Shown: piece by piece, positions 17,553-26,237 of the stretch
Position numbering within the stretch: the stretch's first letter is position 1
Layout of the letters: each line of letters starts with the position of its first letter
Source of the DNA: Solirubrobacterales bacterium
GTDB taxonomy: Bacteria > Actinomycetota > Thermoleophilia > Solirubrobacterales > 70-9
Assembly (NCBI GenBank): GCA_044867815.1
Contig: JBIOVP010000064.1
Location: 549 to 64,548 of the forward strand
Direction: 5' to 3'
DNA: 64,000 bases
Position numbers and translations under genes: made by a program
Notes under the pieces: model-generated
Told to the model about the DNA's origin: nothing
Databases searched by the model: none
Seen by the model: only the letters and a program-made list of their open reading frames with translations

Positions 17553-18866
17553 TCACCGGTGCGACAGCTGGTGGTTCAGAAAGGCGAGCATTCGATCAAA
17601 GTAGCGCCGACGGTCGGAGTCGTCAGTTAGGTTGCGAGCGACACGGAAGTGCCGCTGGGCTTCTTGGTAGGCGGCGGTTGCTCCTGGCTCCTCGGGTCCT
17701 CCGGGGAGGAGAGTGAAGCCCAGCCAGCCATGCGCCTCCGCGTACTCGGTCCGGAAGCGGACAGGTTGCTTTCTGCCGATCCGGAACACGACACGGAAGC
17801 CCGCCGCAGCCTTTGCCCAGCGGTTCTCGATGCCTGCTTGGCTCAGGCAGAAGTCCGCGCGAGCCTGTCCGAGGCGTGCACGGAGAAAGAGCGCTTGATT
17901 GGCAGCTGTGTCGTCTCCGGTCGCAGCGGTCCGGGCTAGATGGGCAAAGGCGGCAGAAGCATCTCGGAGGCCTTTGCCGCCGGCTCCGCGGCCGCAGTTG
18001 CTCGAGCTGCGGTGGAAATGAATCTCCACGATTCCGAGGCGCGCTCTGTGGAAGCCCTGGCGGTGTAGCTCGGCCGACAGGTACGCATCTTCGGCCTCTT
18101 TGAAGCGCCCGAGCTTCCCCAGGACATTCCCCCGGAAGAGCTCGGCGACCGCGGCGAAACGCCCTCGCGTTCGCATGGCAGCACGGTCCAGCCAGACGAG
18201 CGCCCGCTTCATGCGGTTGGCGTCGAACCAGCTCAGGCCCACCGCCAGGCTGGCCAAGGCGGAGAGTTCGACCGCGACCGCCTTTCGCACCAACAGCCGG
18301 GTCGCGGTCGAATTGCCGCCGCTGGTGCTTCCGGCGGTGATCGGGTCCAAGGCGTAGGCGCCCGCGAACTCCTCCACGCCCACCAGCCAGCCGGGGTCGA
18401 GGTAGAGGTAGGGACGCACGACGATCCTGCCGTGCTTGGAACCTACCTCTCCGTAAACAAGGATCTGAGCACCGTGCTCGCTCATTGCTTCGAGTGCCGT
18501 GCTCTGATTAGACGGAGCGCTTGAGCCGATCGGACCGCGGATCTGCACGTCCAAGGCCGCATCGGCCACTGACCTACGCGCCGCTTTGAGGTTTCTCGCG
18601 ATCGTCTGACTGAGCTCAATCCCGAACTCGGGACGAGTCGCGTCAGTGAAAGGGGCAACCAGAACGTTCACGTCTCCTGACATGGGAGCGAAGGACTCGT
18701 CAACCGGCAGCAGTTGATGAAGGGTGAGAAGGGTGACTATCGCTCCAAGGATCCAAAAAACGCCCCTTATCCCTCCGAAGAGCGGGCGCAGGACTTTCCG
18801 ATGAAGGCGGCGCAGGCGCCTCGAGTGCTTCAAGTGCAGTAGGAATCTGGTAAAAGCCGCTTTCAC
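17553..18866 (-). CDS. Membrane-anchored protein with TPR-like helical repeats
   Basis: 437 aa with a basic N-terminus, a TM helix (GVFWILGAIVTLLTL) and a helical-repeat-looking C-terminal half. The start is uncertain; an in-frame TTG 30 nt downstream is possible. Confidence 0.55.
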   Translation of the reverse strand: MKAAFTRFLLHLKHSRRLRRLHRKVLRPLFGGIRGVFWILGAIVTLLTLHQLLPVDESFAPMSGDVNVLVAPFTDATRPEFGIELSQTIARNLKAARRSVADAALDVQIRGPIGSSAPSNQSTALEAMSEHGAQILVYGEVGSKHGRIVVRPYLYLDPGWLVGVEEFAGAYALDPITAGSTSGGNSTATRLLVRKAVAVELSALASLAVGLSWFDANRMKRALVWLDRAAMRTRGRFAAVAELFRGNVLGKLGRFKEAEDAYLSAELHRQGFHRARLGIVEIHFHRSSSNCGRGAGGKGLRDASAAFAHLARTAATGDDTAANQALFLRARLGQARADFCLSQAGIENRWAKAAAGFRVVFRIGRKQPVRFRTEYAEAHGWLGFTLLPGGPEEPGATAAYQEAQRHFRVARNLTDDSDRRRYFDRMLAFLNHQLSHR

Positions 18867-19736
18867 TTGACCACTAGGGTATTTGCAATCCTCTGGCTGG
18901 CCATCGCGCTGGTCGCAGCCTCACTCGTTGTGGGATGCGGGGAATCGGAAACGTCGACCTCCTCCGCAAAGTCTTCCGGCTCTGACGGTGGCCGAGGGGC
19001 ACCGCCCAAGCCGTTCAAGAGCCTGCCGGACGAACCACCCGAGGGAGTTAAGGGGCTGGTCCAGTACTACCAGGAGGGGGGGCCGCCGGCTTGTCACAAC
19101 GAAGAAGAAACGGACCAACTTTCAATGAGCTTTGGAGTGTCTTCACTCCCTCGTAAGGGAAAGGAACGCTTTCTTCCCAGCCCCAGGATCGGCGATTCCC
19201 TTGCGGTATGCGTGCTTGGCGTGCTCGGCGAAGAAAGAGTCAAGGTGGAGTTCGATTCGCCGGGATCGACTCCAACTCCTGTCGTCGAGCGCGGCTTCCG
19301 AAGCCCCGGCGAATATGGGCTGGTGACGATGTACCTCTTCTTGGCACCGGAATATGGCTTCGGCCAATGGCATCTGACGGCCCATGCCGGAGGGCGAGCC
19401 GCAGAGATGGACATGCGGGTCGGCCGGCCGGCCGCTCCCGGCTATGTCCACAGCGCTACTCGGGAGCACCGGTACGTCGATTTTGTCGTCGTCGGCTTGG
19501 AGCCGAACCAGGAGTTCACGATGCACTTCTACGTTCCTCATGATGAGGATTTGCTTGCCGAATACGTGTCGAGCACCCGGGGGAGGGTGGGCCCGGAAGG
19601 AATGACGACGATGACGATCGATGCGACTGGAGCACCGAGCACCTGTTACATCGCCAAGTTGGAAGTGGCGGGAAAAATCGTGGATGACCTGCACAACACG
19701 CTCAGCTACTTCTGCCCGCGAATCGAAGACAAATGA
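18867..19736 (+). CDS. Lipoprotein of unknown function
   Basis: TTG start and signal peptide with lipobox (LVAASLVVG|C). 289 aa with no recognised domain. Confidence 0.6.
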   Translation: MTTRVFAILWLAIALVAASLVVGCGESETSTSSAKSSGSDGGRGAPPKPFKSLPDEPPEGVKGLVQYYQEGGPPACHNEEETDQLSMSFGVSSLPRKGKERFLPSPRIGDSLAVCVLGVLGEERVKVEFDSPGSTPTPVVERGFRSPGEYGLVTMYLFLAPEYGFGQWHLTAHAGGRAAEMDMRVGRPAAPGYVHSATREHRYVDFVVVGLEPNQEFTMHFYVPHDEDLLAEYVSSTRGRVGPEGMTTMTIDATGAPSTCYIAKLEVAGKIVDDLHNTLSYFCPRIEDK

Positions 19737-19781
19737 CGCCCGAGCCGCGCTACCGGCCCCCGATGGCGATGGCCACTGGGC

Positions 19782-20438
19782 CTACTCCGCGTTGAAGGTG
19801 GGCTCGTTCTCGATGCCGGACATGAAGGGCATCGCGGTAAGGGTGGCCAGTTCTTCTTGAAGGTCTCCGAAGAGGAGGGAGTTTCCTCGCCAGACTTCTC
19901 CGGCGATCACGGCGATTATGCCGCTCGCCATCAGCTCCTCGGTCAGTGCCGGTGGTTCGCAGGCGGGGCGCTCGGCTCGCGCCTGTCCGATCACGTTGGC
20001 GAGGGCCTCGAGGAGTTCGGGGGGGAGGAGCGCGAAGGTGGGATTGCCCCGGCCGCCCCCGTGGACAAGGCACAGCTCCGCCAGGTAGAGGTCGGCTTCA
20101 ATCGCCTGAAGCAGGCTGCCGATCGCGGCGCCGACCCGCTCCCGCCACGGAAGCTGGGGGTGCGCTCCTGTCTCGAGCGCTTCGCGCAGCCGCCGGACCC
20201 CGAGCTCGCAGGCGAACTGGAACGCCGCGTCGCAGCCTTCGAAGAGGTCGTAGAAGGTCGCGCGTGCCATCTTCGCCTCCTTGCAGATCCGATCGACCGT
20301 CAGGGCGGCGGGACCGTGCTCATGGACCAGCTCGCCTATCGCCAGCGCGCACCGTTCGCGCTTGTAGTCATCGACGAACTGCTGAGGAAGTTGGCTGTGG
20401 CCCACCGGCCACCTCTTTGGAACAGGTTCTAAAACCAT
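19782..20438 (-). CDS. TetR-like transcriptional regulator (same paralog family as the 22.8-27.6 kb array)
   Basis: Start at MVLEPVP. Has LPQQFVDDYKRERCALAIGELVHEHGPAALTVDRICKEAKMARATFYDLF (HTH) and a family-typical C-terminus. Confidence 0.7.
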   Translation of the reverse strand: MVLEPVPKRWPVGHSQLPQQFVDDYKRERCALAIGELVHEHGPAALTVDRICKEAKMARATFYDLFEGCDAAFQFACELGVRRLREALETGAHPQLPWRERVGAAIGSLLQAIEADLYLAELCLVHGGGRGNPTFALLPPELLEALANVIGQARAERPACEPPALTEELMASGIIAVIAGEVWRGNSLLFGDLQEELATLTAMPFMSGIENEPTFNAE

Positions 20439-20544
20439 AAGTCTTCCCAGAAAATACCGATATCTACCTGAGCGCTGCAGGGCCGGACCGTCGGGGAGCG
20501 GTAGCCCGTGGTAACGCTTTTCCCGCCGGCGACCAATAAGGAGC

Positions 20545-21201
20545 ATGGAGATGGAGGACGCGCTGCCCAGCCCACCCGGTGATCTCAGTCGCAGCCTTCG
20601 CCTCGTCGCCGCCCGCGAGCAGGGCGTGGGAGCGGAGCAGGTGCGCTGGATCGGGACCGATCCCGAGCTCTTCGAATTGTTCTACCGCGAACACGTCGAG
20701 GGGGTGCAGAGGTTCGTCGCCCGCCGGGTCGCCGACCGCGAGCGGGCGGCCGACCTCACCGCCGAGATCTTCCTCGCCGTGATCGAGTCGGCCCATCGCT
20801 ACCGGCGGCGGCGCGGCACACCGAAGGCCTGGCTGTACGGGATCGCCCGCGTCCTCGTCGCCGACGACCGGCGCCGGCGCGACCGCGAGCGGGCGCGGGA
20901 GGAACGGTTTCGCGGCAGCGCGCTGCTGGAGGCGGAGGACGCCGCGGGCATCGACGCGCGGATCGACGCCGCCGCCCGGGCGCGCCGACTCTACGTGGCG
21001 ATGGACCGCCTCCCCGAAGCCGAGCGGGCGGTCCTTGAGCTGGTCGCGGTCGACGAGCTGACGGTCGTGGAGGCGGCGGCCGCGGCCGGCGTGCGCCCGG
21101 TCACCGCCCGCGTGCGCCTGCACCGGGCGCGGCGCAAGCTGCGCCGCGAGCTCGAGCCAACTGAATCTGAAGGGGCATCGCCCGAGGAGGTCGGATCGTG
21201 A
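20545..21201 (+). CDS. ECF-type RNA polymerase sigma-70 factor
   Basis: Region 2 (FYREHVEGVQRFVARRV..AADLTAEIFLAV) and region 4 (LPEAERAVLELVAVDELTVVEAAAAAGVRPVTARVRLHRARRKLR). Confidence 0.85.
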   Translation: MEMEDALPSPPGDLSRSLRLVAAREQGVGAEQVRWIGTDPELFELFYREHVEGVQRFVARRVADRERAADLTAEIFLAVIESAHRYRRRRGTPKAWLYGIARVLVADDRRRRDRERAREERFRGSALLEAEDAAGIDARIDAAARARRLYVAMDRLPEAERAVLELVAVDELTVVEAAAAAGVRPVTARVRLHRARRKLRRELEPTESEGASPEEVGS

Positions 21202-22802
21202 AAGGGAGAGGAACCGAGGAGGACGGTTTCGAGCAGCGACTGCTGACCGAGCTGAAGTCGGTGGTTGCGGAGCGGGGCGCCGAACAGGCCGCCGCCGGGA
21301 CGGGGGGAGGGCGCGGGTCCGCCCGGCGACAGGTCCCCCGGCTGGCGCTCGCCGCGACCGCCGCGCTCGTGGCCGCAGCCGCCGTGCTCGTCCTCAGGCC
21401 CGGCGGCGACGGCTCCTCCCGGGCCTTCGCGGTCGAACCCCAGGAGGGCGGTGGGGTGAAGATCGAGGTCTACAGCCTCGAAGACGCCTCAGGCCTCGAA
21501 CAGGCTCTGGAGGATGCGGGGATCCGGGCGCAGGTGACCTGGTTGCCGGCCAAAACGTCGTGCCGGGAACCGCACTTCACGCCGTCGAGGGTGAAGCTCC
21601 CGGGAGGCGGCGGCATCGGCGGCTTCATCGCCTCCGGCCCGGAAACTCTGACGATCTCGATCGGCAGCACCGAGAGATCGCGCAAGCGCTTCGGGGAACA
21701 CCGGCGCGGTGAAATCTCCGACGAGGAGTACTACGGCGGGATCGCGAACGTCAACCTCGACCCCGACACCTTCCGGCGCGACCAGAGCGTGGTCCTCTCC
21801 GGGGCGCCGAAGCCCTTCGACGGGGACCCCGAGGGTGGCTACGAAGCCCGCTTCGCGGTCGCCGCCGGACCGGTCGAACCGTGCGATCCCCTGCCGGCGC
21901 CGGCCAGCAGCATCGGCGCGATCGAGGTTTCCGGGGCTGGGGGAGGAGCGGCGCCGGCCGTGCCGACCCCCGGCCAGTTCCTCTACACGAAGACGAAGGT
22001 CGTCCAGCTGCAGGGCTGGGACCCGGAAGGGCCCGGGGCGGGGCCGAGGGACAGGCCGAGATACTTCACGCCAAACCTGGTGGGCCCCGAGGGCGACGCG
22101 CTTCCGGCGCTTGTCCCGACCCTGAAGGAAGTCTGGATGACCCGAGGCGGGAAGACCCGGGAGCGGGAAACGCTCGGCCAGATCGAGTTCCTCTCCGGCG
22201 AGGACCAGGCACGTTGGGAAGCGGCGGGCTCGCCGCCCCCCTTCGCCTACGACGGCGCCGAGCACGACGTGCGGCGCGACGGCGCCGGGCGCCTGGTCAA
22301 GGAATACGCCTCACGGTCCTGGCGAGGGCGTCATGAATTCTCCTACGTCGGCAAGCTCTCCAGGTTGCCGACCGACCCCGAAGCCCTGCGCCTGGCGATC
22401 GAAAACCGCCGCGGTGGATCCGCGCCGGTCCTTCCCTCGCCGGCCGGATCCCAGCGGGGCGGGACGACGGCCGAACGACTGATGGAAATCCTCGCCGAGC
22501 CGATCACGACCCCGGCGCTGCGCGCCGCGGCCCTCAACGCCCTCGCTGAAATCCCGGGGATAGGGATCGACCGGAACGTGACCGATGCCGCCGGCCGCCG
22601 CGGCAACGCCATCACCTGGGATCGCGAACGCGGATTCGGGCGCCGGATCATCTTCGACCCCCGCACCTCCAGGATCCTCGCCCAGGCCGAAATGATCTTC
22701 GACGCGGAGGCGGCGGAATCACCCGGTGTCCCGGACGGCACCGTCTTCCGGGAAACCGCCTACCTGCGCTCCGCGATCGTCGATTCGATCGATCACGGCT
22801 GA
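21198..22802 (+). CDS. ECF-associated membrane-anchored protein (putative anti-sigma/CU044_5270-like)
   Basis: GTGA overlap with the sigma gene stop. N-terminal cytoplasmic segment, one TM helix (LALAATAALVAAAAVLVL) and a large extracytoplasmic domain. Confidence 0.6.
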   Translation: MKGRGTEEDGFEQRLLTELKSVVAERGAEQAAAGTGGGRGSARRQVPRLALAATAALVAAAAVLVLRPGGDGSSRAFAVEPQEGGGVKIEVYSLEDASGLEQALEDAGIRAQVTWLPAKTSCREPHFTPSRVKLPGGGGIGGFIASGPETLTISIGSTERSRKRFGEHRRGEISDEEYYGGIANVNLDPDTFRRDQSVVLSGAPKPFDGDPEGGYEARFAVAAGPVEPCDPLPAPASSIGAIEVSGAGGGAAPAVPTPGQFLYTKTKVVQLQGWDPEGPGAGPRDRPRYFTPNLVGPEGDALPALVPTLKEVWMTRGGKTRERETLGQIEFLSGEDQARWEAAGSPPPFAYDGAEHDVRRDGAGRLVKEYASRSWRGRHEFSYVGKLSRLPTDPEALRLAIENRRGGSAPVLPSPAGSQRGGTTAERLMEILAEPITTPALRAAALNALAEIPGIGIDRNVTDAAGRRGNAITWDRERGFGRRIIFDPRTSRILAQAEMIFDAEAAESPGVPDGTVFRETAYLRSAIVDSIDHG

Positions 22803-22832
22803 GGATCGGGCCAGACCGCTCCGGTCCCGAGG

Positions 22833-23459
22833 CTATGAGGAGCCGAGCAGCCTGCGTGCCTCGCGGCCGAAGCGCAGCGCCTCGGTCTGGCCGAGGAAGG
22901 GGACGAGCGCCGAGTAGATCAGCTGCGGCGCCAGGTCCGGGAGGGTGGCCGCGCGCCCCTGCGCCAGCTCTCTGCGGATCAACGCCTCGGCCCCACCGAG
23001 GCCGGCTCGGGCCGCCGAGGCGGGGGGCTCGGTCTCCACGGCGGGGGCGTCGGCCCGCAGCCGGTCGAGCATCGCCAGCAGGATCGCGAAGCCGCCCGCG
23101 TAGCGCTCGAAGGCCGCCTTCGGCAGCCGTTGCCGGGAGTCGGTCATCGCCAGGCTGCCCATCTCGGGCCGTTCGGCGAACAGCGCCAGCAGGCCCAGCA
23201 GCGCCCGCAGGGTGCTTTCGCCCTCGGCCATGTCGCCCGAGTAGGAGGTGGAGACGATCGCGATGCCCTCGGCCAGCACCACCTCGACGGCGGCGATCGC
23301 GCACGCTTCCTTGTCGGCGAAGTGCCGCTCGAACTCGGTCCGGGTGACGCCGGTCGCGGCCAGCAGATCCTCCACGGTCGTGTCGGTGTAGCCGCGCTCG
23401 TAGCAGCCGCGCGCCATCGCCTCGATCAGCGCCGCCCGCGGGTCGGACGGCCCGCTCAA
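22833..23459 (-). CDS. TetR-like regulator, array member 1
   Basis: TTG start overlaps the upstream stop (TTGA). Contains ALIEAMARGCYERGYTDTTVEDLLAATGVTRTEFERHFADKEAC and the family C-terminus LGGAEALIRRELAQGRAATLPDLAPQLIYSALVPFLGQTEALR. Confidence 0.75.
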   Translation of the reverse strand: MSGPSDPRAALIEAMARGCYERGYTDTTVEDLLAATGVTRTEFERHFADKEACAIAAVEVVLAEGIAIVSTSYSGDMAEGESTLRALLGLLALFAERPEMGSLAMTDSRQRLPKAAFERYAGGFAILLAMLDRLRADAPAVETEPPASAARAGLGGAEALIRRELAQGRAATLPDLAPQLIYSALVPFLGQTEALRFGREARRLLGSS

Positions 23460-24100
23460 CGGTTCAGCCCCTCTGATACCCGGGTGCTCATCCGCGCCAG
23501 GCGCAGGCCCTCCCTCTGCCCGACGAACGGCGCCGTCGCCCCGTAGACGACGTCGGGGACGACCTCCATGAGGCGCTCGGCGTGGCCCGCGAGGACTTCG
23601 CGCCTGACCACCGCTTCGGCCGCGCCCAGCGCGCCCAGCGCGGTCCCGACCGGCTGCGTGCTCGAGGCGCTGCTCTCGCGCAGCCGGTCGAGCATCGCCA
23701 CCATCAGCCCGCCGCCGGTCCTGGCGACGCCGCTGACCGCCATCGGAACGCCCCCGATCCGCCTGCCGACGTAGACGACGTAGGCGTAGGCGGGATTGGC
23801 CGCCATCAGCTCGAGGATCGCGACGATGCCCATCATGCAGCTCTCGGGCTCGGGCCGGTCTGGCGCGAACTGCTCCCCGACGAGGCCGACCATGGCCGCG
23901 ATCGGCGCCTCGAGCGTGGCCCGCGCCGCCTCCGCGATGTCGCCGAACATCGCCGCGAAGGAATCCTCGGGGATCCCGGCGCGGGCGGCGATCGCAGCGG
24001 CACTCAGGGAGTCGTAACCGCCCTCCGCCCACAGCTCGGCGATGGCGAGAAGCGCCCGCTCACGCTCGCTGGCGGCGGGCAGGACCAGGGACGAGGCCAT
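23456..24100 (-). CDS. TetR-like regulator, array member 2 (divergent HTH)
   Basis: 214 aa. Contains RALLAIAELWAEGGYDSLSAAAIAARAGIPEDSFAAMF and the C-terminus GAAEAVVRREVLAGHAERLMEVVPDVVYGATAPFVGQREGLR. Confidence 0.7.
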   Translation of the reverse strand: MASSLVLPAASERERALLAIAELWAEGGYDSLSAAAIAARAGIPEDSFAAMFGDIAEAARATLEAPIAAMVGLVGEQFAPDRPEPESCMMGIVAILELMAANPAYAYVVYVGRRIGGVPMAVSGVARTGGGLMVAMLDRLRESSASSTQPVGTALGALGAAEAVVRREVLAGHAERLMEVVPDVVYGATAPFVGQREGLRLARMSTRVSEGLNR

Positions 24101-24103
24101 CGC

Positions 24104-24712
24104 TCAGATGCTCATGGCGGCGCTGCGCATCTCGTCGGCGGCCCGATCGGGCCCCATGAAGGGCACCAGGACCGAGAAGAGGATTTCCGGCATCATCTGC
24201 GGCAGCCTCTCGGCCCGTCCCGCGTCGACCTCGCCGAAGATGATCGCCTCGGCGGCTCCGACCGCGAGCAGCTCCACCTCGCTCGGCAGCTCCTCGTCCA
24301 CCTCCGAGTACTCGCGGCCCTCGCGCATGAAGGGCTCGAACCGCGACAGCAGCCCGACGTAGCGGTCGTAGGCCGCCGGCCTGATGCCCGGGAAGGACCG
24401 GGTCACCGCGGTCGCCATCCGGGGATGGGCGGCGATCGCCTCCAACAGGCTCTCGAGGCCCGTCTTCACCCGTTCCGGCCATGGCTCGGCCGCTTCGCAG
24501 GCGGAGCTCGCGACCGCGACCACCCGCTCTGTCAGACAGTCGTAGGCGGCGAACAGACACTCGTCCTTGTCGCGGTACTCCGCCTCGAATTCCGCCGTCG
24601 AGACTCCCGCGACCTCTCGTGCGCTCTCGACCGACGCTTCTCCGTAGCCCTTTCCCACGAGCTCCTCGAGCATCGCCCGCAGCAAGGATTCCCTTCGCTG
24701 TGCGTTCATCAT
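24104..24712 (-). CDS. TetR-like regulator, array member 3
   Basis: Start at MMNAQRRESLLRAMLEELVGKGYGEASVESAREVAGVSTAEFEAEY. ATGA overlap with member 4; only 3 nt separate it from member 2. Confidence 0.75.
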   Translation of the reverse strand: MMNAQRRESLLRAMLEELVGKGYGEASVESAREVAGVSTAEFEAEYRDKDECLFAAYDCLTERVVAVASSACEAAEPWPERVKTGLESLLEAIAAHPRMATAVTRSFPGIRPAAYDRYVGLLSRFEPFMREGREYSEVDEELPSEVELLAVGAAEAIIFGEVDAGRAERLPQMMPEILFSVLVPFMGPDRAADEMRSAAMSI

Positions 24713-25353
24713 CCCTCCTCGGCGGCCACCCTCGCCGCCAGCTTCGCTTGACGTAGCGCCTCCCTCTGGCCCAGAAACGGGACCAGCACCGCGTATACGA
24801 AGTCGGGCAGAAACTGGGGCAACCCCTCGGCCCGGCCGGCCGCGAGCTCCCTGCGCACGACCGCTTCGGCCCCGCCCAGCGCCGCCCGCGCGCTGGCGTT
24901 CGCGTTCCCCGGCCCCTCGCTGACCCGCTCCATCATCAGGGCCAGGACCCGCGCCGCGGACTCCTGGGCGTCGCGCATCCGCGGCGTCCCGCACTGCCGG
25001 GACTCGACGAAGGTGAGCTTCGCGAACGAGGCCCGCGCGGCCAGCAGCTCGAGGATCTCCCGTCCCTCGATCTGGCGCCGCCCGATCACGTCGCCGCTTG
25101 CCGCTGCCGCCATCGAGATCCGGGCAAGGGTCTCGGAGACCATCTTGTTGAGGGCGGCGAGCGCGCAGTCCTCCTTGCCGGCGAAATGGCTTTCGAAGAT
25201 CTCCAGCTCGACGCCGGCGCGATCGAGGACGGCGTCCACCGTGGTCTCCAGGTAGCCGCGCTCGGCGCAGCATTCCGCCATCGCCTGCAGGATCCGATCG
25301 CGGTCAGAGATCGCGAGAACGTCGCTCCCTGTGATCACAGTCCCCAAGGTCAC
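24709..25353 (-). CDS. TetR-like regulator, array member 4 (first gene of the 4-gene operon)
   Basis: GTG start. Contains DRILQAMAECCAERGYLETTVDAVLDRAGVELEIFESHFAGKEDC and the C-terminus LGGAEAVVRRELAAGRAEGLPQFLPDFVYAVLVPFLGQREALR. Confidence 0.78.
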   Translation of the reverse strand: MTLGTVITGSDVLAISDRDRILQAMAECCAERGYLETTVDAVLDRAGVELEIFESHFAGKEDCALAALNKMVSETLARISMAAAASGDVIGRRQIEGREILELLAARASFAKLTFVESRQCGTPRMRDAQESAARVLALMMERVSEGPGNANASARAALGGAEAVVRRELAAGRAEGLPQFLPDFVYAVLVPFLGQREALRQAKLAARVAAEEG

Positions 25354-25475
25354 CCATGGTATCGCCTGGTGGCCAAAAAAGTATGGGCAGGAATAGAACG
25401 CGTTTACTTCTAGGAATGGCTATGGTCCCACGCGATCAGGGCAAGGGTCGCGGACAGCGCGGGGGGAATGATTGT

Positions 25476-25491
25476 GGAACGTCGATGTTCC
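25476..25491. promoter_or_regulatory. Near-palindrome GGAACGTCGATGTTCC in the divergent TetR intergenic region (candidate operator)
   Basis: 14 of 16 positions are self-complementary. It abuts the motif TCCTTGGCAACACC, which recurs upstream of the secreted-protein cassettes. Confidence 0.35.
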
Positions 25492-25552
25492 TTGGCAACA
25501 CCAAAGGAGTTTTTTCAAGCGCCCGGGACCGGCTTCCGTTTATCCTCCACCC

Positions 25553-26206
25553 ATGGCGGGTGGAGCGAAACGAGGGCGCCGCGCCCAACCGGGCGGCCAT
25601 CCCCTGCGCCGCGAGGTGGTTGCCCACCATCAACGCCAGCGCATCCTCGCCGGCGCCGCCAGGGTCTTCGCCGAGCGTGGCTACAGGCAGGCGTCGGTGG
25701 CGGACATCGTCAAGGCCGCCGCGATCGCCCGCGGCCGCTTCTACGACAACTTCTCCTCCAAGGAAGACTGCTTCTTCGCCCTCTACGACGCCGCCACCGG
25801 AGCCACGCTCGAGCGCGTCGGCCGCGCCTGCGCGGAGTCGATCGAGAGCTTTCCCGAGCGCGTCTCGGCCGGAATCGGGGCGCTGCTCGCCGCGATCGAG
25901 GCCGAACCGGAGGCGGCCCGGGCCTGCGTCGTCGAGGGCCCGGCCGTGGGCCCGGCGATCAACGAGCGCTTCGAGAAGCTGATCGACGATTTCGCCGGCC
26001 TGTTGCGCTCGGGGCGCAGCGAGGCCCCCTCCTCCGAGCTGCCGGAAACCGTCGAGGAGACCGTGGTCGGCGGCCTCTACTGGCTGCTCTACTACGCCCT
26101 GCTGGAGCAGCGGCCACGGAAGGTCAGCCGCCTGCGCGCCCAGCTGGTCGAGTTCTCGCTGATCCCCTTCGTCGGCGCCGAGGCGGCCGCGGCCGCGGCC
26201 GGATAG
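25553..26206 (+). CDS. TetR-like regulator, array member 5
   Basis: Start at MAGGAKRG. Contains HPLRREVVAHHQRQRILAGAARVFAERGYRQASVADIVKAAAIARGRFYDNFSSKEDCF. Confidence 0.75.
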   Translation: MAGGAKRGRRAQPGGHPLRREVVAHHQRQRILAGAARVFAERGYRQASVADIVKAAAIARGRFYDNFSSKEDCFFALYDAATGATLERVGRACAESIESFPERVSAGIGALLAAIEAEPEAARACVVEGPAVGPAINERFEKLIDDFAGLLRSGRSEAPSSELPETVEETVVGGLYWLLYYALLEQRPRKVSRLRAQLVEFSLIPFVGAEAAAAAAG

Positions 26207-26237
26207 CGCCGGCCCGACCCGCCGGGGGCCCGCGGTA

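Noticed and set aside
14410-20500. Search for an integrase, transposase or attR repeat that would define a classical tRNA-linked genomic island
   Set aside because: No tyrosine or serine recombinase motifs appear in any listed ORF, and I could find no copy of the tRNA 3' end by eye. The region is reported only as an eroded mosaic.
23460-24032. N-terminal extensions of the 399-aa and 389-aa ORFs (22833..24032 and 24104..25273)
   Set aside because: The extensions run through the upstream TetR-like genes in another frame and are Arg/Gly/Pro junk. Family alignment and TTGA/ATGA overlaps support the shorter starts at 23459 and 24712.
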